Origin: Alphaproteobacteria bacterium | Lineage (GTDB): Bacteria > Pseudomonadota > Alphaproteobacteria > RF32 > CAG-239 | Direction of reading: 5' to 3' | NCBI GenBank assembly: GCA_048463395.1 | Contig: DBFWPL010000002.1 | Location: 24,098-88,097, forward strand | Length of the DNA stretch: 64,000 bases | Shown: in pieces, positions 28,379-38,096 of the stretch | How positions within the stretch are numbered: position 1 is the first letter of the stretch | Layout of the letters: each line of letters starts with the position of its first letter | The notes under the pieces: generated by a model | Told to the model about the DNA's origin: nothing | What the model saw: only the letters and a program-made list of their open reading frames with translations | Database searches by the model: none | Translations under genes and position numbers: made by a program

Positions 28379-30199
28379 TTAGATATTATCGCCCGGTTTG
28401 GCACGTTTTCTCAAAATCGGGTCGAGAATACGTTTTCTCAAACGAAGTGACTTTGGCGTAACTTCCAGAAGTTCGTCTTCCTGAATGTAAGATAAACCTT
28501 GTTCCAAAGTCAGCTTGCGAGGCGGAATCAGGTCAATAGCTTCATCTTTTCCGGCAGCACGGATGTTGGTGAGCTGTTTGGATTTTGTCGGGTTAACCTC
28601 TAAGTCGTTAGACTTGGTGTGTTCGCCGATAATCATGCCGACATAAACCGGAGAGTTGGCGTCAATAAACATCGGACCGCGGTCTTGCAGTTTCCACAAA
28701 GAATAAGCAATGGCCGTTCCGGCTTCGGATGAAATCAGTACACCGTTGCGACGGCTGTCGATTTCGCCTTTGTATGGTTCATAGGCTTTGAACAAACGGT
28801 TCATAACGCCGGTACCTCTGGTGTCGGTCAAGAATTCGGAGTGGTAACCGATTAAGCCGCGGGAAGGAGCGTTGAAAATCAAACGGACTTTGTTGCCGAT
28901 TTGAGAAGGAATCATCTCAATCAATTCAGCACGTTTCTGTCCCAATTTTTCAACAACGGTACCGGAAAATTCTTCGTCAACATCTATGACGACTTCTTCG
29001 ATAGGTTCCAAAAGCTGTCCGTTTTCATCTTTTTTCATCAAAACTTTTGGACGGGAAATGGAAAGCTCAAAGCCTTCGCGACGCATGGTCTCAATCAATA
29101 CGCCCAATTGCAGTTCGCCTCGTCCGGCAACTTCAAAGGAATCAGTGGTATCTGTGCGGGAGATTTTGAGGGCGATGTTGCCTTCGGCTTCTTTGCACAG
29201 TCTGTCCCAGATCATACGGGAGGTTACTTTGTCTCCTTCTCTTCCGGCCAGCGGAGAATCGTTGATGGAGAAGGTCATGGCCAATGTCGGAGGATCAATC
29301 GGTTGAGCATGGATGGAATCGTTTACTTCCAAGGCACAAATTGTGTCGGCAACCGTTCCTTTAACAACACCGGCCACAGCGATAATGTCGCCGGCATGAG
29401 CTTCTTCCAAAGCAACACGGTTTAAGCCCTGATAGGCTAAAATTTTGCTGATTCTGACTCTTTCAAGTTCTTTGTTTTCGCCATTCAAAACCTTAACCGT
29501 ATCATTAACATGTAAGGTACCGGACTGTACTTTTCCGGTTAGCAGTCGGCCGATAAATTTATCGGCTTCCAATGTGGTGGCTAACATAGAGAAAGGTTCG
29601 TTCGGTTGGCAGTTTGGTTCCGGAACATAAGAGAGAATCAGCTCAAACAAAGGAGTTAAATCTTTTTTCTCATCACCCATTTCCTTAACAGCCCAGCCGT
29701 TGCGTCCGGAAGCATACAGTACAGGGAAGTCTAACTGTTCGTCAGTGGCGTTCAGGCTGACGAACAAGTCAAAAATTTCGTTTAACACTTCATCAACGCG
29801 GGCGTCGGCTTTGTCAGCCTTATTAATAACAACAATAGGTTTTAAGCCTACTTTAAGAGCTTTCCCCAACACAAATTTGGTTTGCGGCATAGGTCCTTCT
29901 GAGGAGTCAACCAACAAAACAACGCCGTCAACCATGGACAAGATACGTTCTACTTCACCGCCAAAGTCAGCGTGTCCCGGTGTGTCTACAATATTAATAT
30001 GTGTTCCGTTCCAATCTACGGAAGTGCATTTGGAAAGAATCGTAATTCCTCTTTCTCTTTCCAGATCATTACTGTCCATAACGCAGGTTTCTACTTTTTG
30101 ATTTTCTCTGAAAGTGCCGCTTTGTTTTAACAATCCATCCACCAATGTTGTTTTACCGTGGTCAACGTGGGCTATGATGGCAATATTTCTCATACTCAT
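28379..30199 (-). CDS. typA: translational GTPase TypA/BipA
   Basis: AIIAHVDHGKTTLVD G1 motif, DTPGHADF G3 motif, EF-G-like domain organisation, 606 aa. Confidence 0.9.
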   Translation of the reverse strand: MSMRNIAIIAHVDHGKTTLVDGLLKQSGTFRENQKVETCVMDSNDLERERGITILSKCTSVDWNGTHINIVDTPGHADFGGEVERILSMVDGVVLLVDSSEGPMPQTKFVLGKALKVGLKPIVVINKADKADARVDEVLNEIFDLFVSLNATDEQLDFPVLYASGRNGWAVKEMGDEKKDLTPLFELILSYVPEPNCQPNEPFSMLATTLEADKFIGRLLTGKVQSGTLHVNDTVKVLNGENKELERVRISKILAYQGLNRVALEEAHAGDIIAVAGVVKGTVADTICALEVNDSIHAQPIDPPTLAMTFSINDSPLAGREGDKVTSRMIWDRLCKEAEGNIALKISRTDTTDSFEVAGRGELQLGVLIETMRREGFELSISRPKVLMKKDENGQLLEPIEEVVIDVDEEFSGTVVEKLGQKRAELIEMIPSQIGNKVRLIFNAPSRGLIGYHSEFLTDTRGTGVMNRLFKAYEPYKGEIDSRRNGVLISSEAGTAIAYSLWKLQDRGPMFIDANSPVYVGMIIGEHTKSNDLEVNPTKSKQLTNIRAAGKDEAIDLIPPRKLTLEQGLSYIQEDELLEVTPKSLRLRKRILDPILRKRAKPGDNI

Positions 30200-30213
30200 T
30201 TGTTTATTCCCTA

Positions 30214-30376
30214 AATACTTGTCATGTCATGAGTTTGGTTCCTCGCGTACGCTTATCTGTACGCGTCGTCGCCGAACTCATTTCCAGCACAAGCATTTAT
30301 GGAATAAATACCGTGCCGGACTAGAACTTGTCGTGTCATGAGTTTGGGTCCATTTTGTACGTGAGGAACCAAACTT
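30214..30376 (-). promoter_or_regulatory. structured typA 5' leader with direct and inverted repeats (alternative pairings)
   Basis: Direct repeat cttgtcatgtcatgagtttgg (30218-30238) and cttgtcgtgtcatgagtttgg (30327-30347). agtttggttcctcgcgtac (30232-30250) is the perfect reverse complement of gtacgtgaggaaccaaact (30357-30375). The second unit also folds locally. Confidence 0.4.
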
Positions 30377-30560
30377 ATGCTTAACAGCCGTTTTATTGCA
30401 GGGTTTTTATTGTTTTCTTATCAGTTATTATCTGCAATTTAAAAATTCACCTTAACATACCAATTTGATTTTAAATTACAAGAAATAACTATATTTTTTT
30501 AATTTTTAGTTGATTTTGTCTAAAAAATGATTTAGATTAAGGAAAATAAATTATAAAACT

Positions 30561-30941
30561 ATGTTGAAAATTCTGGAAATTATAGTGTTTGCCGCTCTTT
30601 GTCTGGGATGGGGAGTTTGTGCTTTTGGGTGTCTGGTTTGTATTATGCAGTTTTACATTCAGATAGTGGTTCAATGCCAATCTGTTCGTCGGAAAACTGA
30701 CTGGGCTGTTGAGCTTATCCAGACGTTGTTTATGATCGGAATTCTGATTTGCTCATTTTTTTTGGCAGTTTGGGATTGGAGTTTTATTTCATGGTCTCTG
30801 AGCCCTTGGGTAAAATGGCTGCTTGTTCTATTTGCACCACACTTATGGTGTATTTTTTGCGATGCCGTTATTTTAGCTTATCTTATTGACTGGAAAAAAC
30901 TTTTCAAAGTAATCTTCACATTAAAACTAAAAGCTTTATGA
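30561..30941 (+). CDS. small polytopic membrane protein (hypothetical)
   Basis: 126 aa, 3-4 TM segments, W/C-rich. Preceded by a very AT-rich 190-bp region. Confidence 0.45.
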   Translation: MLKILEIIVFAALCLGWGVCAFGCLVCIMQFYIQIVVQCQSVRRKTDWAVELIQTLFMIGILICSFFLAVWDWSFISWSLSPWVKWLLVLFAPHLWCIFCDAVILAYLIDWKKLFKVIFTLKLKAL

Positions 30942-31354
30942 GTACACTTGTACAGGGGCAGGCAGCTCTTCTCATCGCCATGGCGGTGGTTTCGGCAGGT
31001 TATTTCTGCTGGACGTTGATCAGGTATCTTGTTCTTCGGAAGTCTTTTTTGACGCATGAAGAAATTATTCCTTCTAAGGAAGCCTCTTTCTGGATTCGAA
31101 TGGTGTTTGCGGTTTTGGCAATAGCCTTTATCGCAGTCAATTGGTCCGATGAAGATTGGGGCGGGCGGATAATCTACTGCTTCTTTGCCATCGGTTTTTA
31201 TGCCGAAGGAATTCATGTTATCCATGGATTGGTTATTATCCTGTTAGGAATACTGAGAGGTGTGGTAAATATGTTTGTCAGTCTTTGTAAAGACTTTTTC
31301 CGTATTTACCGATTGATATGTAAGTTATTCGTTCATAAGTGCGATAAAGAGTGA
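30938..31354 (+). CDS. small polytopic membrane protein (hypothetical, paralog-like to upstream gene)
   Basis: ATGA overlap with the upstream gene. Shared motif F(L/I)AV(W/N)DWS after a TM helix. Confidence 0.45.
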   Translation: MSTLVQGQAALLIAMAVVSAGYFCWTLIRYLVLRKSFLTHEEIIPSKEASFWIRMVFAVLAIAFIAVNWSDEDWGGRIIYCFFAIGFYAEGIHVIHGLVIILLGILRGVVNMFVSLCKDFFRIYRLICKLFVHKCDKE

Positions 31355-31377
31355 GTTCGCGGAGGAGTTTTGGTGAG

Positions 31378-31440
31378 GAATTCTTATCAAAACTCTTCTT
31401 TTTTGACTTAAGAAGGCGGTCGGTTGACCGCCTTTAACAT
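31378..31440. terminator. tandem terminator hairpins between convergent genes
   Basis: gaggagttttg...caaaactcttc plus T6, and ggcggtcggttgaccgcc. Confidence 0.5.
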
Positions 31441-31442
31441 TA

Positions 31443-32468
31443 TTAAATGGTTTTTCCGTATTTTCTCAATTGGTTACGGACAAATCCTCTTAAAGAGACT
31501 TCCGGCCGGGCTCCGTAATGACTGATGATTTCAGCTGCGGCGATACTGCCGATCATCGCACAGGTTCCCAAGCTTCGGTCTGTCGTATAACCGAATAAGA
31601 AACCTGCCGCATATAAATCTCCGGCTCCTGTGGTGTCGACAACATCTTCAACTTTTTCTGCTTCAACAAAGATTTTAACCCTTCCGTTAACAACGACCGA
31701 ACCCTGAATATTTCTGGTAATGGCGGCTATTTCTACATCATGTTTAATTAAATCAAGTGTTTTATACAGGTCTTCTTCCTGAAACAAAGCTTTAATTTCG
31801 TCTTCATTGCAAAACAGAATATCTACATATTTTTTGATTAGTTTGATAAATTCCATCCGATGCCTTTCAACACAGAGTTTATCTGAAAGGGAAAAGGCGA
31901 TTTTGCGATGGTGTTTTTGTGCCAGTTTGCAGGCTTTAAGCATGGCTCTTTGGGCACTGAAGTCATCCCACAGATAACCTTCAATGTAGATGATTTTCCC
32001 TGAACGAATGGTGTCTTCGTCAATATCTTTGGCTGAGAGTTTTTTTGCGGCTCCGAGGTAAGTAAACATGGAACGTTCGGCATCCGGTGTTACCAAAACA
32101 ATGCTTCGTCCGGTCGATGGGCCCTGATTGAGCGGTTGGGTAAAGAAATCTACTCCGGAAGCTCCGATACTGCGTTTGAATTCTTGTCCGAGTTCGTCAT
32201 CATGGACTTTTCCGATGAAGGCACAGGAGACTCCGAAAGAAGATAATCCGGCTACGGTATTTGCGGAAGAACCGCCGGAGACTTCTCTTTCCGGAATAAT
32301 ATCACTGTAGATTTTTCCGGCATCAGCGGCTTCAACAAGGGTCATGGCTCCTTTCGCCAGTTTACGTTCCGAGATAAAGCCTTCCCCTACTTTTGCCAGT
32401 ACGTCAACGATGGCGTTTCCTATTCCTACAACGTCATATACGGTTGAATCTTTATTTATCATTTTCAT
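31443..32468 (-). CDS. PfkB-family carbohydrate/nucleoside kinase (adenosine kinase-like)
   Basis: N-terminal VGIGNAIVDV motif. C-terminal DTTGAGDLYAAGFLFG anion-hole motif typical of the ribokinase/pfkB family. Confidence 0.7.
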   Translation of the reverse strand: MKMINKDSTVYDVVGIGNAIVDVLAKVGEGFISERKLAKGAMTLVEAADAGKIYSDIIPEREVSGGSSANTVAGLSSFGVSCAFIGKVHDDELGQEFKRSIGASGVDFFTQPLNQGPSTGRSIVLVTPDAERSMFTYLGAAKKLSAKDIDEDTIRSGKIIYIEGYLWDDFSAQRAMLKACKLAQKHHRKIAFSLSDKLCVERHRMEFIKLIKKYVDILFCNEDEIKALFQEEDLYKTLDLIKHDVEIAAITRNIQGSVVVNGRVKIFVEAEKVEDVVDTTGAGDLYAAGFLFGYTTDRSLGTCAMIGSIAAAEIISHYGARPEVSLRGFVRNQLRKYGKTI

Positions 32469-32529
32469 TACCTTAAAATTTAAATTTCAAACTTGTTTCA
32501 GAAATAGTTTAATTTGTGCGATTTTGCAA

Positions 32530-32566
32530 CATAAAAAAGCCTCTCCGAAGAGAGGCTTAACGGAAA
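32530..32566 (-). terminator. terminator of pyrF
   Basis: gcctctcttcggagaggc hairpin plus T6 on the minus strand. Confidence 0.55.
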
Positions 32567-32582
32567 ACGGGTTTCCGAATTA

Positions 32583-33419
32583 TCAGAGTTTGCTGTATTC
32601 TTCAAGCAGTTGAGCCATCTGTTGTTGAAGTTCAGCGGCTTTTTGAGCGGCGATTTGGGCAAAATCTTCTTTGTGAGAGGCATAGATAATGCCTCGGGAA
32701 GAGTTGACCAGAAGACCGCAGTTTTCAGTCATGCCGTACAGGGCAACATCAGCCAGGCTGCCGCCCTGAGCTCCGACGCCGGGAACGAGAAGGAAGTGTT
32801 TGGGGATAATTTGTCTTATCTCTTGAAGCATGCAAGCTTGCGTTGCTCCGACGACGAACATGGTGTTCTCTTGAGTTCCCCAGGCGGCAGCCGTTCGCAA
32901 AACATGGTGGAAAATCGGTTCATTCTGCTCATCTGTCAGGAATTGGAAGTCATGACTGCCCGGATTGGAGGTCAGGGCAAGGATGATGGTCCATTTTCCT
33001 TCGTGGTTGAGGAACGGTGAAACGCTGTCTTGTCCCATGTAGGGGGCGACGGTTACCGCGTCGGCATTGAGATTATCGAAGAAAGTGTGAGCATATCTTT
33101 CCGATGTGTTCCCTATGTCGCCGCGTTTGGCGTCAGCGATGATGAAGATGTCGGGATGTTTCTCCTTGATATATTCGATTGTCTGTCGCAGAACGTTCCA
33201 ACCTTCCATGCCTTCACTTTCATAGAACGCGACATTGGGTTTGTAAGCGACAGTGTAGGGAGCCGCAGCGTCGATGATGGCCTTGTTGAAGGTCAGCATT
33301 GCGTCTGCTCGATTCAGTTTCTGAAGATGAGCCGGGATTTTGTTGAAGTCCGTATCCAGTCCGACACACAAGAAAGATCGCTTCTTTGCAATCTGATTCA
33401 CTAATTCTGAATAATTCAT
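32583..33419 (-). CDS. pyrF: orotidine-5'-phosphate decarboxylase (type 2, long form)
   Basis: FLCVGLDTD...KPNVAFYE...[13 protein letters not shown] motifs of the long-form OMP decarboxylase. Confidence 0.7.
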   Translation of the reverse strand: MNYSELVNQIAKKRSFLCVGLDTDFNKIPAHLQKLNRADAMLTFNKAIIDAAAPYTVAYKPNVAFYESEGMEGWNVLRQTIEYIKEKHPDIFIIADAKRGDIGNTSERYAHTFFDNLNADAVTVAPYMGQDSVSPFLNHEGKWTIILALTSNPGSHDFQFLTDEQNEPIFHHVLRTAAAWGTQENTMFVVGATQACMLQEIRQIIPKHFLLVPGVGAQGGSLADVALYGMTENCGLLVNSSRGIIYASHKEDFAQIAAQKAAELQQQMAQLLEEYSKL

Positions 33420-33576
33420 ACGCAGAAAAATTTTAAGTTTGACATAATGTTTATAAAACGGGTGCAGTATATCGACAAAAAAATATTTTTCAAGCTTTTA
33501 TTGACAAAAAAAAGAGCCTGATGTATTTTATGGCAAGTTTTTTAGTTTTTGTGTATAATTTAATTTTCTAAGTATT

Positions 33577-34233
33577 ATGAAACAGATTGCAGATCAGCTG
33601 TTGGCTATCAATGCCGTGAAGCTTCAGCCAAACGAGCCTTTTACTTGGGCCTCAGGCTGGAAAAGTCCCATCTATTGCGATAATCGCAAAGCTCTTTCCG
33701 ATCCTGACGTTCGTTTCCTTATCTCGGAGACTTTGACCCGTCTGGTAATCAGTAAGTTCAACGGGGCTGATTGTATCGTCGGAGTTGCCACCGGTGCAAT
33801 TGCCTGGGGTGCCATCGTCGCTGATAATCTCGACAAAGCATATGTTCGCTCCTCGGCAAAAGACCATGGCCTTCAAAACAAGATTGAAGGTGTGGTGAAA
33901 CCCGGTGATAAGGTTGTCGTTGTCGAGGATCTCATCTCTACCGGAGGTTCTTCTCTTGCGGCTGTTCAGGCTCTTAGAGATGCCGGTGCCGAAGTTCTCG
34001 GGATGGTGGCTATTTTCAGCTATCAGTTTCCAAAGGCACAAGAGGCTTTTATTGCTGCCGGATGTGATCTTTATGCTGCCAGTGGCTATACGGAATTGGT
34101 TGATGTGGCTGCCGCTCAGGGGTTGTTCGGCGAAACAGAAAAAGAATTGCTTGCGGAATGGCGTAAATCACCGGATACCTGGGTAAATGATTTATCGCTT
34201 CTTAGTAAAAGAAAAGGGGACGCTTTCAAGTGA
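33577..34233 (+). CDS. pyrE: orotate phosphoribosyltransferase
   Basis: PRPP-binding motif KVVVVEDLISTGGS. OPRTase N-terminal FTWASGWKSPIYCDNR. Confidence 0.8.
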   Translation: MKQIADQLLAINAVKLQPNEPFTWASGWKSPIYCDNRKALSDPDVRFLISETLTRLVISKFNGADCIVGVATGAIAWGAIVADNLDKAYVRSSAKDHGLQNKIEGVVKPGDKVVVVEDLISTGGSSLAAVQALRDAGAEVLGMVAIFSYQFPKAQEAFIAAGCDLYAASGYTELVDVAAAQGLFGETEKELLAEWRKSPDTWVNDLSLLSKRKGDAFK

Positions 34234-34266
34234 AAGCCTCCCCTTTTTTGTAATCTGAAAAAAGGA

Positions 34267-34509
34267 TTAATCGTTGGCGTTTGGCCATTCTTTTGCTTTT
34301 TCAGCATTGATTTCAATCCATTTTTCTTCGGCATCGCTGTCAGAAGAAATAGCTTCCTGAGGGCATTCGGAAATGCAAACACCGCAGTCAATGCAAGTAT
34401 CCGGATCAACAACCAGATAAGCATCGCCTTCATGGAAAGCGTCTACAGGGCAAACGTCTGCACAAGATTTACATTTAACGCAAAGGTCGCCATTAACAAC
34501 AGAAACCAT
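34267..34509 (-). CDS. ferredoxin (4Fe-4S/3Fe-4S, FdxA-like)
   Basis: [12 protein letters not shown] and [12 protein letters not shown] cluster motifs. Confidence 0.75.
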   Translation of the reverse strand: MVSVVNGDLCVKCKSCADVCPVDAFHEGDAYLVVDPDTCIDCGVCISECPQEAISSDSDAEEKWIEINAEKAKEWPNAND

Positions 34510-34589
34510 ATTTTATCTCCCAATTGGTTAGTTAAATTTCAATCCCCAATCTAACGAGATTATTTATAAAATCAAGTATTTTGTTTTTA

Positions 34590-34625
34590 AATGTTGCGAT
34601 TTGTGATTTTGCTTCCCATATAAGT
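34590..34625 (+). promoter_or_regulatory. candidate sigma-32-type heat-shock promoter of htpG
   Basis: gTTGcgAt -N15- CCCATATAag resembles a CTTGAAA-N13-15-CCCCATNT heat-shock promoter. Confidence 0.3.
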
Positions 34626-34653
34626 AGTAATAAAAATTTATCAGGAGCGAAAA

Positions 34654-36492
34654 ATGACAGATAAAATGAATTTTCAGGCCGATGTGAGCAAAATGTTGGA
34701 TATTGTGGTTAACTCCCTTTATTCCGAAAAGCAGATTTTTTTGCGGGAGCTGATTTCCAATGCCTCCGATGCTTGTGATAAGCTCAAATATATGGCTCTG
34801 ACTCATCCAGATATTACCAAGCAGTCCGGGGAGTTGAAAATTACGGTTACTCCGAATGCCGAAGCTAATACGCTGACGATTGCCGACAATGGTATCGGAA
34901 TGAATCGGGAAGATTTAATCAACCATTTGGGAACAATTGCCAAGTCGGGAACGGCAGAATTTGTTAAAAATGTTAAAGAGAACGGGTCGGCGGTTGATTT
35001 AATCGGTCAGTTCGGGGTTGGTTTTTATTCCGCCTTTATGGTAGCGGACAAAGTGGAAATTCTGACCAGAAGAGCCGGAGAAGATAAGGCTTACAGCTGG
35101 ACTTCAAACGGAATAGACGGTTTTGAAATTACCGAAGCTGAAAAAGCTGTTAACGGTACCAGTATTACGCTGTTTTTGAAAGAAGATCAAAAGAATTTTA
35201 CGGATACGATTTATTTGCGGCAGATTATTCGGACTTATTCCGACCATATTGATTATCCGATTGTATTGGACTTGGGAAAAGCCGGGGAAGAAACCGTTAA
35301 TACGGCTTCGGCTTTATGGGCAAAACATAAATCGGAAATTACTCAAGAGCAATATAAAGAATTTTATCATCATATTTCCAAGAATTTTGACGAACCGTGG
35401 ATGACGTTGCATTTTAAAGCAGAGGGTAATATTGAATATACCGGTTTGCTTTATATTCCGACGGTTACGCCGTATGATTTGTTTCAGCCTGACCGGAAAC
35501 AGGGATTGAAGTTGTATGTAAACAGAGTGTTTATTTCCGATAAGGTTGAGGAGCTGCTGCCGGCGTATCTGCGTTTTGTTAAAGGAGTTGTCGACAGTTC
35601 GGATCTGCCTTTGAATATTTCCCGCGAAATGCTGCAACAAAGTTCGCTGATTGCAAAAATCCGGCAGGGAACGGTTTCAAGAATTTTGAAAGAACTCAAA
35701 AAACGCTCCAAAGATTATGATGATTATATCAAGTTTTGGAATGCGTTCGGCATCGCTTTTAAAGAAGGGCTTTATGAAGATTTTTCGAATCGGGAGGAAA
35801 TAGCCGAGTTGTCCCGTTTTGCCTCGACGGCGTCGGCTGACAAACTGACATCTTTAGACGAGTATATTTCCAGAATGCAGTCGGAGCAGAAAGCGATTTA
35901 TTACATTACCGGCGATGATGTGAAAACTTTGGTTAACAATCCGCAGTTGGAAGCATTTAAAGCCAAGAATATTGAAGTGTTGTTGCTGACGGATCCGATT
36001 GACGAGTTCTGGACTCAGACTTTGACGAGCTATAAGACTTTTGCCATTAAGCATATTTCTCAGGCAGGCATAGATCTGTCGTTGAAACGGGATGAAACCA
36101 AAGCCGATGAGGGAAGTTTGAAAAAGCTGACAGATATGATGACAGAGCTTTTCAAAGATGAGGTAGCAAAAGTAACAACGACGGATAAGCTGACCAAATC
36201 ACCTGCAAGTTTGACGGTTGAAAACGGGCAAATGAGTATCCATTTGGAACGTTTGATGAGAAATCATCAGCAACAGACAGCTTTTGCAAGTTCTCGTATT
36301 TTAGAAATCAACCCGTATCATCCGCTTATTATTAAAATGGCGGACAGTATGGATGATAAAGAGAAGAAACAGGAAATTAAGGATATTTCCCGTATTCTTT
36401 TGGATCAGGCAAAAATTGCGGAAGGAGAAGCGATTACCGACTCTTCCTTCTTTTCAGAGAAACTCAGCGAATATATTCTCAAAGCCATGTAA
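34654..36492 (+). CDS. htpG: chaperone HtpG (Hsp90)
   Basis: LRELISNASDA, IGQFGVGFYS and the IYYITGD motif. 612 aa. Confidence 0.9.
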   Translation: MTDKMNFQADVSKMLDIVVNSLYSEKQIFLRELISNASDACDKLKYMALTHPDITKQSGELKITVTPNAEANTLTIADNGIGMNREDLINHLGTIAKSGTAEFVKNVKENGSAVDLIGQFGVGFYSAFMVADKVEILTRRAGEDKAYSWTSNGIDGFEITEAEKAVNGTSITLFLKEDQKNFTDTIYLRQIIRTYSDHIDYPIVLDLGKAGEETVNTASALWAKHKSEITQEQYKEFYHHISKNFDEPWMTLHFKAEGNIEYTGLLYIPTVTPYDLFQPDRKQGLKLYVNRVFISDKVEELLPAYLRFVKGVVDSSDLPLNISREMLQQSSLIAKIRQGTVSRILKELKKRSKDYDDYIKFWNAFGIAFKEGLYEDFSNREEIAELSRFASTASADKLTSLDEYISRMQSEQKAIYYITGDDVKTLVNNPQLEAFKAKNIEVLLLTDPIDEFWTQTLTSYKTFAIKHISQAGIDLSLKRDETKADEGSLKKLTDMMTELFKDEVAKVTTTDKLTKSPASLTVENGQMSIHLERLMRNHQQQTAFASSRILEINPYHPLIIKMADSMDDKEKKQEIKDISRILLDQAKIAEGEAITDSSFFSEKLSEYILKAM

Positions 36493-36494
36493 TC

Positions 36495-36528
36495 AAAAGC
36501 CCCTCGGACAGAGGGGTTTTTTATGACG
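36495..36528 (+). terminator. rho-independent terminator of htpG
   Basis: gcccctcggacagaggggtttttta. Confidence 0.7.
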
Positions 36529-36582
36529 TTTATTAAATATTAACAAGAATCAGTTAAATTCGCAAAAAAAGGAGAACTGGCC

Positions 36583-37257
36583 ATGATTTATGCTCTATAC
36601 GGTTTGATTTTCGGTTTGTTGATTCCGTATATCAGCCGGCGTTTTGAAAAGTTTATGCCGGCAACGCCTGCTTACGGTTTGTACAGAATTGTTCGTTCGG
36701 GGAAAAAAGTGTCGGCGGATAAAAGAAAAAAGAATCCGAAATATGTGCGGCTGATGAAGGCTTATCGTTTACGCAGCCTTATGTACGGGTTGTTTGTCGG
36801 AGTATTGTCGTATTTGGCATTCATGCGTTTCGGCAGCAGTCATGCCGGTTGGTATTTGGCCTTTATGTGGATTATGGTTTTGTTGGCCGAGATTGATTAC
36901 CGGATGTTTCTTTTGCCGGATATTTTGACTTATCCGTTGTTGTTGAGCGGATTGTGTTTTGCTTTGTATTTAGGCAGCGGGGCAGCTGTTACCGACAGTA
37001 TTGTCGGAGCAACGGGCGGTTATGTTTTGCCGATTTTTGCCAGCTTGTTTCTTGTTTGGAGAAACAAGGACGTGTTTGGCGGCGGAGATATTAAGTTGTT
37101 ATCGGCCGTCGGTGCATGGATGGGGCTTGAGAATCTGTTATATGTCATTATTTTATCTTGTCTTTTTTTCGGAATATATGCTTTAATCGGCAAGAAAAGA
37201 GCGGGAGCGTTTGGTCCGGCAGTAACAGCCGCCGTATTAGTTGTTGCTTTTTTGTAG
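36583..37257 (+). CDS. A24-family prepilin peptidase (TadV/CpaA-like, no N-terminal methyltransferase domain)
   Basis: Polytopic. LLPD and GGGDIKLL aspartyl-protease motifs. Confidence 0.65.
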   Translation: MIYALYGLIFGLLIPYISRRFEKFMPATPAYGLYRIVRSGKKVSADKRKKNPKYVRLMKAYRLRSLMYGLFVGVLSYLAFMRFGSSHAGWYLAFMWIMVLLAEIDYRMFLLPDILTYPLLLSGLCFALYLGSGAAVTDSIVGATGGYVLPIFASLFLVWRNKDVFGGGDIKLLSAVGAWMGLENLLYVIILSCLFFGIYALIGKKRAGAFGPAVTAAVLVVAFL

Positions 37258-37304
37258 CATGGGGATAAAATAAAGAAAATTTAAAAACTTAAAGGATTGG
37301 TACA

Positions 37305-38021
37305 ATGGTAAGCAAAGCTTGGGAAAAAGATAAGCGTAAAGTTAAAAAACTGGTTGAAGGGAAAAGTTTTGACTGGTTGATTATGTCGTTGATTTTGATG
37401 GATGCCGTTATTCTCGGCTTGATGACAGCAGCGTTTATGACCGAAACTCTGAAAGCCGATTTGTTTGTTTTAGACCGGCTGTTTATGGCAATTTTTATTG
37501 CCGAGATGATGATGAAAATTTATGCTTACGGCAAAAAATTCTTTAAATCCGGTTGGAATGTTTTTGACTTTACGATAATCGCGATTTCCTCTGTACCGTT
37601 TACAAGCTATTTTATTATTCTGAGAACATTCCGTTTGTTTCGTTTACTTCGTTATATTAACAAGTTTTCTCGTTTGAAGCAGGTTATCAATACCTTTATT
37701 TCCTTGTTGCCGAATTTTATGGCCATGCTTTTGGTTTTTATAGTGTTTATCTATGTTTTTGCAATTATGGCGGTTGCTTTATTCGGGGATATTTTTGTTG
37801 AGTTTTCAAATTTGGGCAGTGCTTTGTTTGCTTTGTTGCAGATTTTTACTCTGGACGGTTGGGCTTCGGATATTGCTCGTCCGGTTATGGCGGTTTATCC
37901 GCATGCGTGGTTGTTTTTTGTTTCGTATGTTTTTATTTCGTTCCTTATCGTTATAAGTTTTTTGATGAGTGCGGTATCGGAAATCGTCAGAAGGCAGTTT
38001 ATGTTTAAGTCCAGAATCTAA
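37305..38021 (+). CDS. single-domain voltage-gated ion channel (BacNaV-like)
   Basis: S4 helix RTFRLFRLLRYINKFSRLK with Arg every third residue. Pore loop FTLDGWASD. Confidence 0.6.
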   Translation: MVSKAWEKDKRKVKKLVEGKSFDWLIMSLILMDAVILGLMTAAFMTETLKADLFVLDRLFMAIFIAEMMMKIYAYGKKFFKSGWNVFDFTIIAISSVPFTSYFIILRTFRLFRLLRYINKFSRLKQVINTFISLLPNFMAMLLVFIVFIYVFAIMAVALFGDIFVEFSNLGSALFALLQIFTLDGWASDIARPVMAVYPHAWLFFVSYVFISFLIVISFLMSAVSEIVRRQFMFKSRI

Positions 38022-38096
38022 ATTGGAAACGTATAAAAACAAATCCCCGTAAAGAATTTAACTTTACAGGGATTTGTTTTATCCAGAGATTGTTTC

